52,890 nucleotides of DNA from Atractiella rhizophila (taxonomy: Eukaryota), in NCBI GenBank assembly GCA_021432655.1, contig MU271287.1, forward strand, positions 1 to 52,890, written 5' to 3'. Below are positions 36,412-50,111 of the stretch, piece after piece. Every line of letters begins with the position of its first letter. Within the stretch, counting starts at the first letter, position 1. The notes under the pieces were generated by a model. It did no database searches and was not told where the DNA came from. It saw only the letters and a program-made list of their open reading frames with translations. The translations under genes were made by a program, and so were the position numbers.

Positions 36412-37701
36412 ATGCCAGACTTCTCCGCCTCCTCCCTCCTGCTCGCCTTCCTCGTCTCCTTCCTGCTCACCGGCGCCATGGGCTTTTTCACCTCAGATCG
36501 AAAACGTTTCGACCCATCTGGCAAACACTGCTACGTCGTTGGCGCCTCTCAAGGGTTGGGACTCGGACTGGCGAAGAAGTTGGCTCGCATGGGAGCGAGC
36601 GTTAGTATTGTGTCGAGGAATAGGGCGAAGATTGATGACGGGTTGGGAGAGGTTGAGGTGCGCTTCCTTCCTTACATGTTTTCTTCAACTTTTATGCGAG
36701 CTGATGAGATCAATGGAGTAGAAATGTAGAGTGAACGACTCCCAGAAGTTCACCGCGCTCGCCTATGACGTTTCCGACCCTCAAGAAGCAGTCAAGGCGT
36801 TCGATGATGTGGAGGGAGTCTTTGGAAGTGCGCCGGACTATGTCTTCTGCACGGCGGGGGTCAGTGTCCCGAGGTTCTTTGCGGATTCGAGCAAGGAGGA
36901 GTTGGAGATGCATTTCAAGACTAACACCTTCACCGCTCTATGGACCGCCCATGTATGCCCTATGCCCTTCCTCTCTCCGTCTCTGTTTGTTCCTGTTTAG
37001 GTGTCTATGGGGACACCATTTGTCCGTCGTGTTGATTGATTGGTGGGAGGATAGGAAGCGATTAGACGATGGGTAGCGCAGAAGAAAGAGGGCAAGATCA
37101 TGTTCACGGCCTCCGTCGTCGCTCTGAATCCCTTCGCCGGTTACGCAGCTTACGCACCAACGAAATACGCGATTCGAGGTACGTCTCTTGAATCGGGGAT
37201 GAAAGCGACTGAAAGGAATGGACAGGTCTCTGCGACACCCTCCGCCACGAGCTCAAGATCTACTCTCCTCCAATAACCGCCCACTGCTATTTCGCAGGCA
37301 CCATCCTCGGTCCCTCCTTCGAAGAAGAGAAGAAAGTCCGACCGCCCCTCGTCGCCAAAGTCGAAGGTCCAGACAGCGGGCTGACAGCTGATCAGTGTGC
37401 GGAGATGGTAGTGAGAGGTATGGAGAAGGGACACACCTATATCACGGACTCGGCCATCCCAGGCGAGTTGTTTAGGAACAGTCAGGGCGGGTTGACCCCT
37501 CGGAACAACTTTGTGCTTGATACGCTTTGGGGCATCGCAGCTTGGGTTCGTCCTTTCCTGTTCTTCTTCCTCGGTTCATTTGGTGACGATATATAGATCG
37601 CTTTCCCCATTTGGAGATACTTCATTGACCAGGACGCCATCTCGGAAGGAAAGAAGATGCGTGCTGCTGCTGCTTCTGGATCCAGCTCTGTCGCCAAATG
37701 A
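36412..37701 (+). CDS. TSC10: 3-ketodihydrosphingosine reductase (SDR family)
   Basis: N-terminal TM helix, HCYVVGASQGLGLGLAKKLARMGASVSIVSRN, APDYVFCTAG, GYAAYAPTKYAIRG (YxxxK), FAGTILGPSFEEE, PRNNFVLD. Confidence 0.85.
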
Positions 37702-38385
37702 TGCTTCATTCTCACTTCGCTGTTCTTTGCTTTGGTTCGCCTTCAGAGAAAAGTATACTATTTATGGTTATCGTTTAATTGAAACGTCAGCTCGTCTTCA
37801 GCAAACAATTTATTTAGGTGCTTAGGTGATATGGGTCCTTTGCCTGATTCTGAATCTTTAGATCTTGATACTCCTCCTCGGATAAGTAAGCGAGAAAAAC
37901 TACCGTAAGACACAGGTTCTGCAACCATTCATGGCTTCAGGCCCAAAAGTTGTTGTAAAAAAACCGAGTGATTCCAGCCACAACACTCTTCCTCGCCGTT
38001 CAGAACGTGATAGTTCGGACAATTCTTGTCGCGTTCGAGATCCTGATATCACTGTGATAGCCATCAAGACGGAGGTCTCCAGAAGCAGAACTGAAGCGGC
38101 TGATCTCTTAGTTTCTCTAAGCTTTCAGTGTCGGTCCGTGCACGTCTACCTCTGATCAGCAGCGTCTTTTGTTGTATTGTTGTGCTGAGGCGGGTCAGTT
38201 AAATATTCTATTAACATTGTCAACATCAAAGGGAGCAATCAGCGGCTTGCTCAACGTCGTGGCCTGAAGCATATTATCCACTAGGAATAAAAGACTACAA
38301 GAAAGCGTGGTTCACATCCACCTCAATATCCATACTGGAGAGAGTCCGATTAAGCGGTGGTTGGCGCAGTATCATTTCAGAGACA

Positions 38386-40694
38386 ATGACTTCCAAATGT
38401 CAACGGTGTCAGAAGCATGATTTTCATTGCTTTCGAGAGGACTCATCGGTGGCATGTTTACGCTGCCTAGATGACAATGAACCGTAAGTGACTTCAGCTC
38501 AAATATATGACCTCTGAATGTTTGATTAGATGTGAGCACTCCTATCGACCAGTTCTCTGGAAGAGGCGGAAAGGGTGCGTAAACTGGCCCAATAACGGCC
38601 GAAAATATGAAGTCTGAGTCTGTTATTTTGTGCTAGGGTGGCAACCGAGAAGCTTCAAGATAGTTATTCAAGTTCAGCCGATTTAGTCAAGGACATCATG
38701 CGACAACCAAAACGAAAATCGCAACAAAAGATTCGTCGCAAAGGGAAAGTTGCAACTTCGTCAGAGCAAAGTAAACGATCGCATCACATCACTCTCGCTC
38801 CTTCCACGACCAGTAATCAACTATTGACGCTTCAGCGAGCTCGCGCAGTTGGACAGCATCTTTTAGAACTTGCTGATCGTGAAGGCGCAACGAATATCTT
38901 TGACGCTGAGCTGATCGAGCAAATGAAGGACCGTGGGTTCACAACTTATGACGACCTCAAACTGAAGCCTGAAGCTTTTAACGGCTGCGTTACAAATCTC
39001 CTTGCGTATTGCTTCGGTATCGCAGCCCAATTTTCGCCACATTCCGAATTCCTGGGGACTGTTGCCCCAATATCTTTGTCTCCCGCAGATGACTTCCCGG
39101 TTGACGATTATCGCACTGTCGGCCGCCAGCGACACGCAGCAGTCAGAACAATGCAGCTTCAAGCTTTCTCACTTGCTTTGGATTGGCAGTCTCCTGTCCA
39201 GCAAGCAACAGAATTCAGCGTCATGATCCTTCTCCGGACTGCACACAGCTTTTGCTCAATATCGAGAGCGCCGCATATCGCTAGGGACGTCTTACGCCTA
39301 TGCCTCCAACATTTTGACTTTGTTTGGCACAAATCGGATGTGAAAGACAGGCAAGAGTTACTCCGACTTTACTTTGGTTACATTGCGCAAGTACGTCATT
39401 CTTAGGAACCCCTTTCCTTTTCTAAGGCTATTTGCTGTTGACAGATCGACAACCACTTGAATTTTCAAACTGGAGCTTTGCTATTGTAAGTTTGTCGATG
39501 CTCTGGCAGTCTAGCACATAATCAGTTTGTGTCAGAACAAACCAGCATTACCGCAAGTATTACCAACACTCGACATTCGAATATGAAATACTCCTCCATC
39601 CTCGCTTCATGCTCGACGTGCCTATCGAGGGAGATGGATCAGCAGCATCGGAACGAAAACTCATTGCGTGTACGGAGTGCATACACAGAAACTTGTGTTT
39701 GTTGGGTCAGTCCGCCTGTTTCATTTCTCTGAACAAAAAGGAGGATTCATGGCCGTGGGCAGGAAGTATTCTCCGTGAGGGTGACGAATCATCGACGGAG
39801 CTTCTTCTACTCGAGATTTCTGACTCCTTAGACTTTCTCAAACGCTGGCGCGAAACATATCTGGCATTTGCACCCAAATTTGTTGCGCCAAACCGATACA
39901 CAACCTTTGCTTTCCGCTCAACAGGTGAACCAGAAAATAGCACTGCTACGTATATGATCCTCACGCTTTACTTTAAGGCGGCCGCACGTTGGTTGAAACG
40001 TCTTGAAGAAGCGGCACAACTCTTCCCTGGAAACAGAATACTGAACGAGCTTCAGAAGCAAGTGCAGCCTCGTCGCGACGCTATTATCAGTGGTGTTTTG
40101 ACGTACGCTTCCGCCATCACCGTCATCAAATGGGTCTCGAAGAATAACACTCTGCTTGCTCCAAACCACGAACAAACGGCACTGAACGCCGTATGTTCGC
40201 CAATTCCATTCAGGAGTCTGACCGAAATTATGGACAGATATATGAACTACCTGGTGGATTCAGAAATGTCGCACATTATATGGGAAGGCATCCTGAAATG
40301 GCGCCTTACGTCGCAATGTAAGTCTATACTAAACTGACTCCCTACAACTGCTCAAGCTAGTTGCAGGGTAGTTCGACAGATGAAATTTCTCAGCTGGAGG
40401 TGGTTCTCATGTGTGGAAGCTCTTGAAGCTTTCGAGGATGAGCTCAGTCGAATAGAGCTAGTAAGCTGCTCTTCCTTCAAAGATAGGACTAAAAGCCACC
40501 ACCAGGCAAAAGCAGCGGTTAACGGAAGCGAATACGGCGCACCTTCGCCCAAGTTGGAAAACTTTGATGAAACCCTTCGTGCATTCAGTGAAGGAGGTGG
40601 TCAATTTGCTGCGAATGAAGAGACCGATAAAGAGGCCACATTGAGTGATTTCCTCCTCGAGCTTTTCGCCATTTACAATCCTCATACAATGTAA
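38386..40694 (+). CDS. Zn2Cys6-type (GAL4-like) transcription factor, degenerate, multi-exon
   Basis: First exons, missed by the ORF track, give MTSKCQRCQKHDFHCFREDSSVACLRCLDDNEP|C = C-x2-C-x6-C-x8-C-x2-C-x6-C. Long helical exons follow (38638-40694). Confidence 0.72.
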
Positions 40695-42772
40695 ACAATG
40701 TTTAAATTCACTTGGAAATTTCCCAACCAGTTCTGAATCTCACTGGAGAAAAATATTGTTTGCACGACCTTCATGCACAACTCTCCCCATCGAAAGTTAC
40801 AAGTGACGCACCTTCAGCTCAACTAACAAATAACCCACTTCCATCATAATACTGCATGAAGTTGCGAGCCCCAGGTTTTGCAAAAGACGCGTTCAGTTCG
40901 GGGACCAATCTGGCCGAGATCAACAACAGGGATGGGACGCGACTTCCGCTTTTGTCTCTGCCAAACATGTCGACAGTTGTTCCAACGTGGTCGTAGAGAT
41001 GGTAGAATTGGGCTGTTTGGATGATGAGGTTCGTGCAGGTTCGAGTTGCTAGAAGATTGGGAAGAATGATGCGAGATGTGTGAGTTCCTGCTTCCCAAAT
41101 TGATCAAGAGTGCGGGAGATGGTGTTCGCTGATTGGAGCTTTATATATAACGCTCATGTGCCCTGGCTCTGTTCGATGGTTTGCTGTACTGTCAGTACGG
41201 CAGCTCAATTTTTGGCGTGTCGTCTTCCGAATTGCCTCGCATGACTACTTCCATGTGATGAATGGTTTGCTTTCTCATTATTAACAAATTGTTGGCATTA
41301 CATGGAAGCAATTGATGATGTAAAGTTTCAAAGACAGGTTCCCTCCGCCGGCCTGCTTTATGTACTTGCCAGATCAGTGCTGTTCAAAAATGATGACCAG
41401 TTTCATGATAGCGTAAATCCACAGTAAATGATTTTCGTAGATGTTTCCCTTTCGGTTTAGGTTATAACCACAGAATCGTAAAATAAAGTAGCGTTTCAGC
41501 GACCTTCCTCAAAATGCATGGAGTATTCATCTCACCTACCCCGTACTTAAAGAAGTTGTTCAATGTTTTTGGTCTACTTATGAGATAAGGAGACTGTGAG
41601 ATGAGAAGAAGCTAAAGAGAGCTGCTTTCCATCACACAAGGTTCATTGCAGGTTCTTATATGCAACATTGAACGTTTAAACGCTCCTACATTGCCACGGG
41701 CAATTAACACTCTCCCTAATTTCCCGAAACGTCCTCCCCACTACCTATCTCATCCTGTTCTTACCTTTCCACTTGCACTTGGCAGAGAGGACCACAGGTG
41801 AAGCTACATGTTGTTCCCTTTGTGAATAGTGGAGGAAAGCATACCTACAAGCTGGGTGGGGATCTATTATATCAGGTCTTCACATCCAACAGCCACGAGT
41901 ATATCGCTTTCGGGGAGGACATCGACTCCTTTTGCTCGTCTTAGGTCAACTTTCTTTGCCTAATCTACCGGCGCAGAGGCGCATCCTCCTCACTCCCCAT
42001 CTTGATCTTTATCATACCCCTTGTATAGGGCTGGAGAACGCTCCTCCCTCGCCTCTATTAATCGAGAGATTGGAGCTCATTACTATAAAACGACTTGCAA
42101 TTATTCCGTTGGAGATATTGAACAGGCTCGCTTCAGAATTGGATGTGGGACATTGATTGGATGTGCCCTCTCTCGTTCCTTTATTATTGAGTCAAGTGAT
42201 CTCCCGTTAGGCATCGCTGTTCTTGGCATTTTCGATTTAAGAAGGTTTGCGTGGTGCGGGAAGGGATCGCTGAGCTAGCTCAAATGCGTTCGCGTTCTCA
42301 TCCACTGATCCTCCTCTCGTCGGACACGAGGTGGAGTGAAGAGATGTTAATTCCCAAATAATTGTCTTCACATAATTTCTTATTGGGATTTCGGGGATGC
42401 AGTGCATTCTCAGTATCTGATCGCACACTTCTAACGAGTAATTACAAAAATAGTCTCTTTAGAACTTACCAAAGATTGTCACATAACATAACACAGACTC
42501 CACTGACGGACTTAGAGGGTTGGAATGCTGATCTGGGTACGGACGTCGCCCATAACAGAACAAGGGTCCTATATTCAATTCTTCTGCTTTCCTGCTCCAT
42601 TACAACAAAATGCCCAACAGTTAATTCGCTCTTGACAACTCACTGGGTCAGGTGGCTCAAGCAGAAAACCAATGAAGAAAATCCATAAATTGATCTCTGC
42701 TGAGTCTACTGGTCAATCAAAATTTCGTGAGATTTTGATAATTGTTCAGCTAAAGGTTTGGGCTAAAGGGAA

Positions 42773-44481
42773 GTGACTTTAGCCGAACTTTTGGTGTTGA
42801 ACGCGCTACCAGCCCCGTCGAATAACAGTTTGAACTTGATTAACACCGATGCAGTCTCAGGGAATGACCTTTTTGACTTGGTCGATCACACCAATGTAGT
42901 CTCACCAAAAGTCAGTCCAGAAGAGCTACGACCTCCACAAACATCTCCAATTACCCAGCCGCCAATCGAATTGCTGTGGCACATAATTAGCTTTTTCCTA
43001 CCGCTAGTCTCTTGCGTCGAGGATCTGAATCAAGATTTTATTGAATGCTTTTGCACACTTAGTCAGATTTGCATAGGTTTCCGCGACCTCGCCCTCAACG
43101 AACTACAAAAGTACAGCACTCGTTTCGTTAATCACTTTCCTCCCTATGCTCTAAACATCAGTTACCTCAGGAACGTAGCAATGGAAAATCGGTTCATGAA
43201 ATGGAAAGAGGATGAATGGTTGAATTTAGGTAGTCCTCTTCCACCGTCTATGAGGTCTTGGCCCGAATTACTACAAACTGTTGCAAAACAACAGGAACTT
43301 ACCAAGGTCCAGCTCCACAATCTTCCGTGGAATGGTTTTTACTTGATGGACATGTTGAAATCTGTTTCTTCGTGCGGAGTTTTTACTTGATGGACATGTT
43401 GAAATCTGTTTCTTCGTGCGGACTTGCGTCCTTGCGACTTTTCTTTGGGAGGCAGCAAGCCGATTTATCTCTGCAGCAAATAATCAATGTGATGTCACGC
43501 AGAGTTGAATGCAGCACTATATCAGGGCTGATTCCTTCGGCGGTACATCCTTTCGTGGGGCCAAAGTGCTCGCTTCCAACTAACGAAAATCTTGCTTTGC
43601 TTCAGTGTCACCTTTGTGACGAAGACTTATATGGTTTCGGCGGACCAAAAACCTGGTCAACTGCACACTTAAGCCATGTCAAGACACTGATGTTTAGTTC
43701 ATTTCTTCATCCTCTGCTAACTGCTGATGGCTTTTATCACCTCTTGAAAAATATTGCCCCTCGCCATCTCTGCTGTGCTTTTCAGGACAGCTACATTCAA
43801 CGTCAACGACAGTTGTCTGACAGTGACAATGGTGACATTCGAGAACAGCTTTCGGACAGCGATGGTGATGACAACAACGGTCTGCCTCGACTGGGAAGAT
43901 ATCTCGATGATGATATCCTGGACACGCTGTCCTATCGGCATAACGGCACACTCTACTTTGACGGAGGGACAGACCACTCGATGTTGATTTCTGATCGATT
44001 CCTCGAGGTTGAAACTGCATGGTGCCGCCTCGAAGAGCTTGTTTTACTTTACTGTCATTTTCCTGCCAGCTCGATCAGCCAATTTCTGCACACGGCCACT
44101 CGACAACAACGCCCATGGCGCGGAAAAGGTTTAGTCGTGCAGTTGAAACCATTCTTCGGAGACTGTGACTTCTCTTACCACTGGTTTTCCAGAGCCCTTG
44201 GAGTGTTCAGGTTCCGGAGGTTAGCGAAAGAAACTTCCAAGTCCGTCGAATTTTATAACCAGAGGTATGGAATGAAACCTAAATATCAGCTTCAGTGCGA
44301 TCCCTCAAGATCGGGCAGGGTGTTCAGTGCCTTTTGCACGGCTAGCTTACCCGTTGATCTTTGGATTATTGATCAAGACGATGCGCCGGAATCTCTCTTC
44401 TTCTGGGAGAACTTTGATGAAAACAAGTGGTTACATTTTGGTCATCACCTCCCTTCAAATTCATTTGGGGATCCAGGATAG
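42773..44481 (+). pseudogene. F-box-like/LRR gene frameshifted by a 44-bp duplication; start uncertain
   Basis: PITQPPIELLWHIISFFL...TLSQICIGFRDLA motif. C-terminal LYFDGGTDHSMLISDRFL...LKPFFGD resembles exon 2 of the 30368 gene. Confidence 0.72.
43335..43422. repeat. Perfect 44-bp tandem duplication
   Basis: GTTTTTACTTGATGGACATGTTGAAATCTGTTTCTTCGTGCGGA twice. Confidence 0.95.
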
Positions 44482-45153
44482 ACGGAGTGGAAGCCAAACC
44501 CATGTCAGCATCATGAACGGAACGGTTCGTTGTTAGACCTTCTACAGCACTTACATTGCACTCTGTACCTAACTCTATATACCACTTGCTCCCAACACTG
44601 AATAAAGCGTCCTAACACTATCCTGACCAACTCCAGCACATTGAGATCCAAATGCGGCAACCACCATCTAGCTTCGGCTGCTTTTCCCTCAGGACCGTCA
44701 CTCTCTCCTCCTCCAACTCCTAGACCTACCCTCGTCTGCATCTCCATCTACTATTCCGAGTCGAATTAATTCCGTCACTCTCTGTCCCAACTCTGAAGCA
44801 TCCAAGCATCCACATCTTCTTACATTAGTGAATGCCACTGGTAGCAAGTCTAAAATGAATGCCGCAGGTTCAACTTCATTTTTGGTTCGCTCCCGCCGTT
44901 GTTAATTGCGGCGTGCCTGGCCTGCTAAGGAGCGAAATTCTGGCATAGGTCAACGTCCATCAAGCAAAGGTCGCGCGTGGTCGTGGGTTGGCGCGAGGAA
45001 TCTTTGTATGCCGTGGGTCGTCACATTGTCTCCTCTCTCTGCTCTTGATCCTTGGATTGTGCGGATAACGTATCAGTGAGCCATTCTTTCATCGAACAAC
45101 TGGTAATGCTTTTCTAGCAGGGTTACAGACATTCGATTTCCGACATCGATAGC

Positions 45154-46779
45154 ATGCAGGATATCCCTCCTAGCAGGTTTGAAACAACAACCTCTTCTCC
45201 TTCTGCCTCCGATACCATAACTTCCATCCCTCCGGAGATTATTACCGCAATCCTCGCCTGTCTCCCTACTCTTGAGTTGCTTCAATGTCACCTCGTGTGC
45301 ACGGCGTGGAAGCCGCTTGCTCGGCCTTTGCTAGTCTCGAAAACAACTATCGCCTTCGACTGTTTGGCTGACGCGCTTGCAGACGGAACGTTTCTTCGTT
45401 ATTTATCTCGTTTAAGACGATTTTTCGAATTCCAGCCCAACTTTCGGTACGTAAGAAGGATTTCGGTCAGCGCAAGTTCCCTCACATACAACGAGCTTTT
45501 GTGGAAAGAAAAGGGGTCTGAAAACGACGAGAAGGAAGATAGGGAGAGAAATCTAGACCGCGATGGAAAATCGAATATTTTAGCCAGCAATTACGTTCGC
45601 TCGTTCATCGAGACGGCGTCTCCATACATCACCTCCCTTACATTTAATGCTCCCTTTGACACTTGGGAATTTTGGCCAATGTGGACCTTTCCGTCCCTCC
45701 CAGCTTTGACAAACATTACCATCTACTACATTCCTGCTCAATCAATATCTGATACATTCCCCAACCTTGGAACATCATGTCACCTCAAATCCTTGAAGTG
45801 TACATTTGGGACGGCAAACTTGGATTCTACCGAACAAAGTTTTGAGCTACGCAGTCTCTCCTTGATCCACGCATATGCGCCAACAAAGCCTCCTATTCTT
45901 TCAAATCTCATGGACCTTTACCTCCAACCTGCAGCACAGACTCCATCAGAATTAGGAAATGTTGCAAATCTTCTGCGACTCGCTTCTTCCACAGTGCAAA
46001 CTCTTGACCTCGTACTGCCTCACGTTCCAGATGGAAGCAGACATCTCGTTCGATTCCCTTTCATCTTCCATCGCCTGAAGGAGTTAACATTTTCCGGCTC
46101 TTCAACTCAAACACACGACATTTTGGAAGTATTGCCTTTACTGCCACATTTCCCATCCATGGAAACTATTTTCATGGTATATAGTGAACTGAAACTCGAA
46201 ACTCCTGCTTTCGAACCTTGGGTATTTCAGCCCACGCTCGTCGATTTGCAAGATTGCGATATTAACCACACTGCGCTGACCTCTCTGTTCAACACTAAAC
46301 AAAACATGATCGTTCTGCACTTTAGTCCAACGTCAAACCCCTTGACCTCGTACCTCCTGGATCTCTTGCACTTTGCAAATAATTGCGAGCGATATCATTC
46401 GCCCTGTGACGAATATGATCTGACGGCAACCGACAACGTGCAAGTCCACGATCTCTTCCAGATCCTCTCAGGGATTCGACATGAAAGCTGTACATGCTGC
46501 CTTTCCATCATCGGCTTTTGGCTTGGTTCCGCACTTTGTATTTATGGAAAGGAAAACGGAACAGTCTGGGCCAGTTGTGCTGATCTTCTCCGCCAGCATT
46601 CGTTTCCGGGGATCAAGGCATACTCTGTCGGGACGCTTACAGACCCGTTGCAGGTTAATAGTAAATCAGGTAGGGTTGCGATTCGAGCGTTACAACAGGC
46701 GGTGGAGGAGCAAAATGTGCAATTCAGTAGTTTTGTGGAATTCAAGGATGAGGACGAATCCGAGGCGGACAAGGCTTAA
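45154..46779 (+). CDS. F-box/LRR-like protein, single exon
   Basis: 541-aa ORF with a clear F-box, ITSIPPEIITAILACLPTLELLQCHLVCTAWKPLARPLL, followed by LxxLxL repeats. Confidence 0.88.
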   Translation: MQDIPPSRFETTTSSPSASDTITSIPPEIITAILACLPTLELLQCHLVCTAWKPLARPLLVSKTTIAFDCLADALADGTFLRYLSRLRRFFEFQPNFRYVRRISVSASSLTYNELLWKEKGSENDEKEDRERNLDRDGKSNILASNYVRSFIETASPYITSLTFNAPFDTWEFWPMWTFPSLPALTNITIYYIPAQSISDTFPNLGTSCHLKSLKCTFGTANLDSTEQSFELRSLSLIHAYAPTKPPILSNLMDLYLQPAAQTPSELGNVANLLRLASSTVQTLDLVLPHVPDGSRHLVRFPFIFHRLKELTFSGSSTQTHDILEVLPLLPHFPSMETIFMVYSELKLETPAFEPWVFQPTLVDLQDCDINHTALTSLFNTKQNMIVLHFSPTSNPLTSYLLDLLHFANNCERYHSPCDEYDLTATDNVQVHDLFQILSGIRHESCTCCLSIIGFWLGSALCIYGKENGTVWASCADLLRQHSFPGIKAYSVGTLTDPLQVNSKSGRVAIRALQQAVEEQNVQFSSFVEFKDEDESEADKA

Positions 46780-47509
46780 AATCTAGCCCTGTAAAAATGT
46801 GTTACTTGCCGTACGTCACTTTTGATTGTTGGAACTCGCCTGGTGTTGCGCTAAGTTGAACAGATAGGCAGGAATTTGATGGAACAGAATGGAGTGTATT
46901 AATAAATACTAAACACATAGCGGTGAAGCTCTTACGGTGTCCTTCTATGTACTAAATCTTAACAATTTCGGTTTCATCCGTGGGAATGCTCGAAAACTGA
47001 CGAGAGGTCACTTGTTTATCCTCACGCCGCCGACACTGGTAGCTAACTGGCAGCTAGCTTACCATACTCCGAGTTGTCCCTTGCTGCGAATACCACAGTG
47101 GGTATGTAACAAACGGTTGATCTGAAGGTTCCTATAACCGCACTACTCTAACGTGATGGGGAGCATACTTTCCATTTCCTCCTCGTTAGTACCGTGATGT
47201 TACCATCCTGTGCATCCTTTAGCTCGGTCCACTTCTTCATCTCCATGTCGATGCTTCCCATATGAACGTACCTCCAACTTGATTTACCAAGCTGTCGAGC
47301 TGTATACTGTAATAATATATCAAAGCCGGACTTCTGCGACAACTTGATTACGCTGATGCCTGCTGATGCCAGACAACGGATGTCACTGACGTCAGTGACT
47401 CTCATCCCACAACCACAACTTCCGCCTGCAGAGAGGATCAACAACGTCTCCGAGTCGTCCTAGCTGCTCTAATATCATCCATCCAGCGAATAAAGCAACA
47501 GTCTGAGTA

Positions 47510-49965
47510 ATGATGGTGTCCGAGCGTACTCCTCTCCTACCAGCACACCACAAACCGCCACACCCAGCGTCAACAACGAGCACCTCGCCGGTTTCCTTAC
47601 CGTCCCTCTTACTACAATATCACGCCTTGAGAACAGGCCACTATCCCTCACAGGAGCAGGTGCGTGCATCTCTTCCCACCTACCCCTAGCTTACAGAGGT
47701 CATTTCGAAAGGCAAATGCCATTGCGGCATGGATAGAAAAGCATTCTGCAATTACAGAGGTTAACGACTTTGTCCATGCTGCGCGAAGAGTAGGTACTGC
47801 AAAGAACGGTAAGTCGCCTTCTCTCTTCTTTTCCTAAGAGAAGCCAGCTGAGAAAGCAATGATTGCATGAAGCGGACGACAAGCTGCAATCCCTTCTCTA
47901 CTCCCTCGCAAACTCTTCCAGCGACCCAACCACGTCAGCAGCCTTCCCGACTTCTGATTTTTACAGCGTGATCGCATTCATCTTACGGTCTATCCCGCTC
48001 AGCACGTTCCCACGGGCAAAAGCTGCGAATGTTTGTCTCCTCTTTGTTTCATTCTTGTAGTCCGACTGAAGAGCTGGTGCAGCTAGCAAAGAACGTTGCT
48101 AGTGCGGCGCAGACGGTCCATGATGCTCTTGAGCCACCTGCTGTTGAGCCTACTATTACATCAGCATTTGTGAAGAGCAATGAAGGCGAATCAGCGTCGA
48201 AACCAAATGGCTCCATCCCCACTGCAGTATGTTCTTTCCTTCATTCCTCGAAGAGACATTGAACTGTTTACGGTAATAGGATTCGGCTCAAAAAACGGTA
48301 GAAGCGGAACGCGTCCTCGACGCATACAAATCGACCATCTCCTCCCCTCCCCTCTCGTCCTCATCATCCCAACTGCTACTCCAAACCTTCCGTACCTTCC
48401 TCCTCCAACTCCGTCTTGACCCAGACCCATCCTACAAATCCTCATTCCTCTCCCTTCTTGCCTGGATCGACTCTCCCTCTTCCTCGCAGAACGATACGGC
48501 TCAGAACCTCCATGACGTCTTGGACGCCTTGCCGGAGCAGAGAGGGATGTGGGAATCTGTGAGGAACACGAGTGCGGAGCAAGTGCACGATGCATGCGTA
48601 GCGATCGTTAAGGCATTGGAAGAGGAAGATGTCGATTATTTGCGCACTGAAGGCCTGGATGAGGAGCTCGGAAGAATTTTGGATGGATCTCCATTGTTGG
48701 ACTATTGTGTGGCTGTTGCGAGAGATGAGGAGTTGAATGAACTAGTGAAGAGCTCGATGAGGTTGGCCAGCGCGGTGGCGGGTTTGAGGGAGAAGAGCGC
48801 GCGTGATATGGCCGTCGAATGGGGTCCAAGGGTTTTAGAGAGCATCGAATACGTTCCTCTGCCTCGGTACACCATTCCTCCTCACTTCTCATGCTCAAGT
48901 ATACTGGATTGACGTTTACGGAATATAGGCTCGAATTCGCTTCGGAGGAACTAGAACTCGTCGTCGATTCCTTCAACCTTTACTCACCCATCCATTTCTT
49001 CGTGCCCGCTCATTTACACGTTCACAATAAGACCTCCTTTGACTTCTTTCGCGCGTATGCCGGTTACGCTACCCAATGGGAGACTGGCGTTGACGTTGAT
49101 ATACGTGGTTCGTCTTCCTCTGCAGCGACTGCACCAAATGCAATATTGACTGTGGTTTACCAGGCGTCCAGATGCAGGCGAGGGATATCGCTTTTTATGT
49201 GAGGTATAAAGGGCTCGGCGGATGGTTGGACATTGAGGAGGATGGGATGTTGGATTTTAATTTTGGTGGATTGGAAGGAAGAGCGGAGGGGAAGGATTCG
49301 GATGGGTTCGAAGTCAAGTCGGAGCTGAAATTTGGCGAGGGTGCAAAACTGTTCGATGTTGAGAAGTTGCAAGTCAAGCTGAGGTATTCCATTCTCTGTT
49401 CCCTTTTGAAGGAACTCTCGTGTTCACTCTGCGATCATAGGAACTTCGATTACAAGATACACGACAGTTCTCACCCCATCCGTAACTTTCTCCTCCGCCC
49501 CCTCATGCGTCCCATAATCTCCTACGTCGTCCAATCAGCCCTCGAATCCGCTCTCACATCCGCCCTCTCCTCCCTAACCGCACCTTCTCCTCCCAGCCCC
49601 GCCAAGTCTCTCACCTCTCTCCTACCATCCGTCCCTACCTTCTCCACGACACCACAAACGCACGCAACGCCAACACACGTAACGCGCAAGCCTGCCGACC
49701 GCTCTTCCCTCCTCACGTTCTCGTGGGCTCCATCGAAGAGGACGGTGGAGGGATGGACGCCGGCGAGGAAGAGGTGGGAGCACAAAGTCGAAGACGTGCA
49801 TGAGGCCGTGGGGACAATTTATGGAGTCTGTTGAAGGGAGAAACGGAGCCCGGAGACGTTGCGGGTGCCTTCCGTGCGGAGTTTGCGGCGGAGGAGGAAC
49901 GGGAAAGGGAGTTGGAAAGGGGGCAGTGGAGGAGCGCTGTGTTTGATGTTTGGAAAACAGGGTGA
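47510..49965 (+). CDS. Conserved fungal protein resembling the DUF4449/DUF5923 family, multi-exon
   Basis: ALRTGHYPSQEQ, KN|ADDKLQSLLY, IEYVPLPR, DIAFYVRYKG, KIHDSSHPIRNFLLRPLMRPII, C-terminal WRSAVFDV. Family assigned from recalled motifs only. Confidence 0.62.
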
Positions 49966-50111
49966 GAGAACGTTTAATGTAAAATGTTAAGCAAATATTG
50001 CAAGGAAATGTTGTGATTTATGTGATTTATGTACACAAAAGAAGATGTGAAATAATCCACAAGGAAATAACTGCATGGCACAACTGAGTGCGACACCTTT
50101 TTGATTCGCAA

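Noticed and set aside
41800..42160. EYIAFGEDID resembling MutS domain I, or lost 5' exons of the 42773 gene
   Set aside because: The match is only a few residues and is interrupted by stops.
43335..43379. The duplication creating a new GT-AG intron that rescues the frame
   Set aside because: The available GT...AG spans 45 nt, whereas 44 must be removed, so the frame is not restored.
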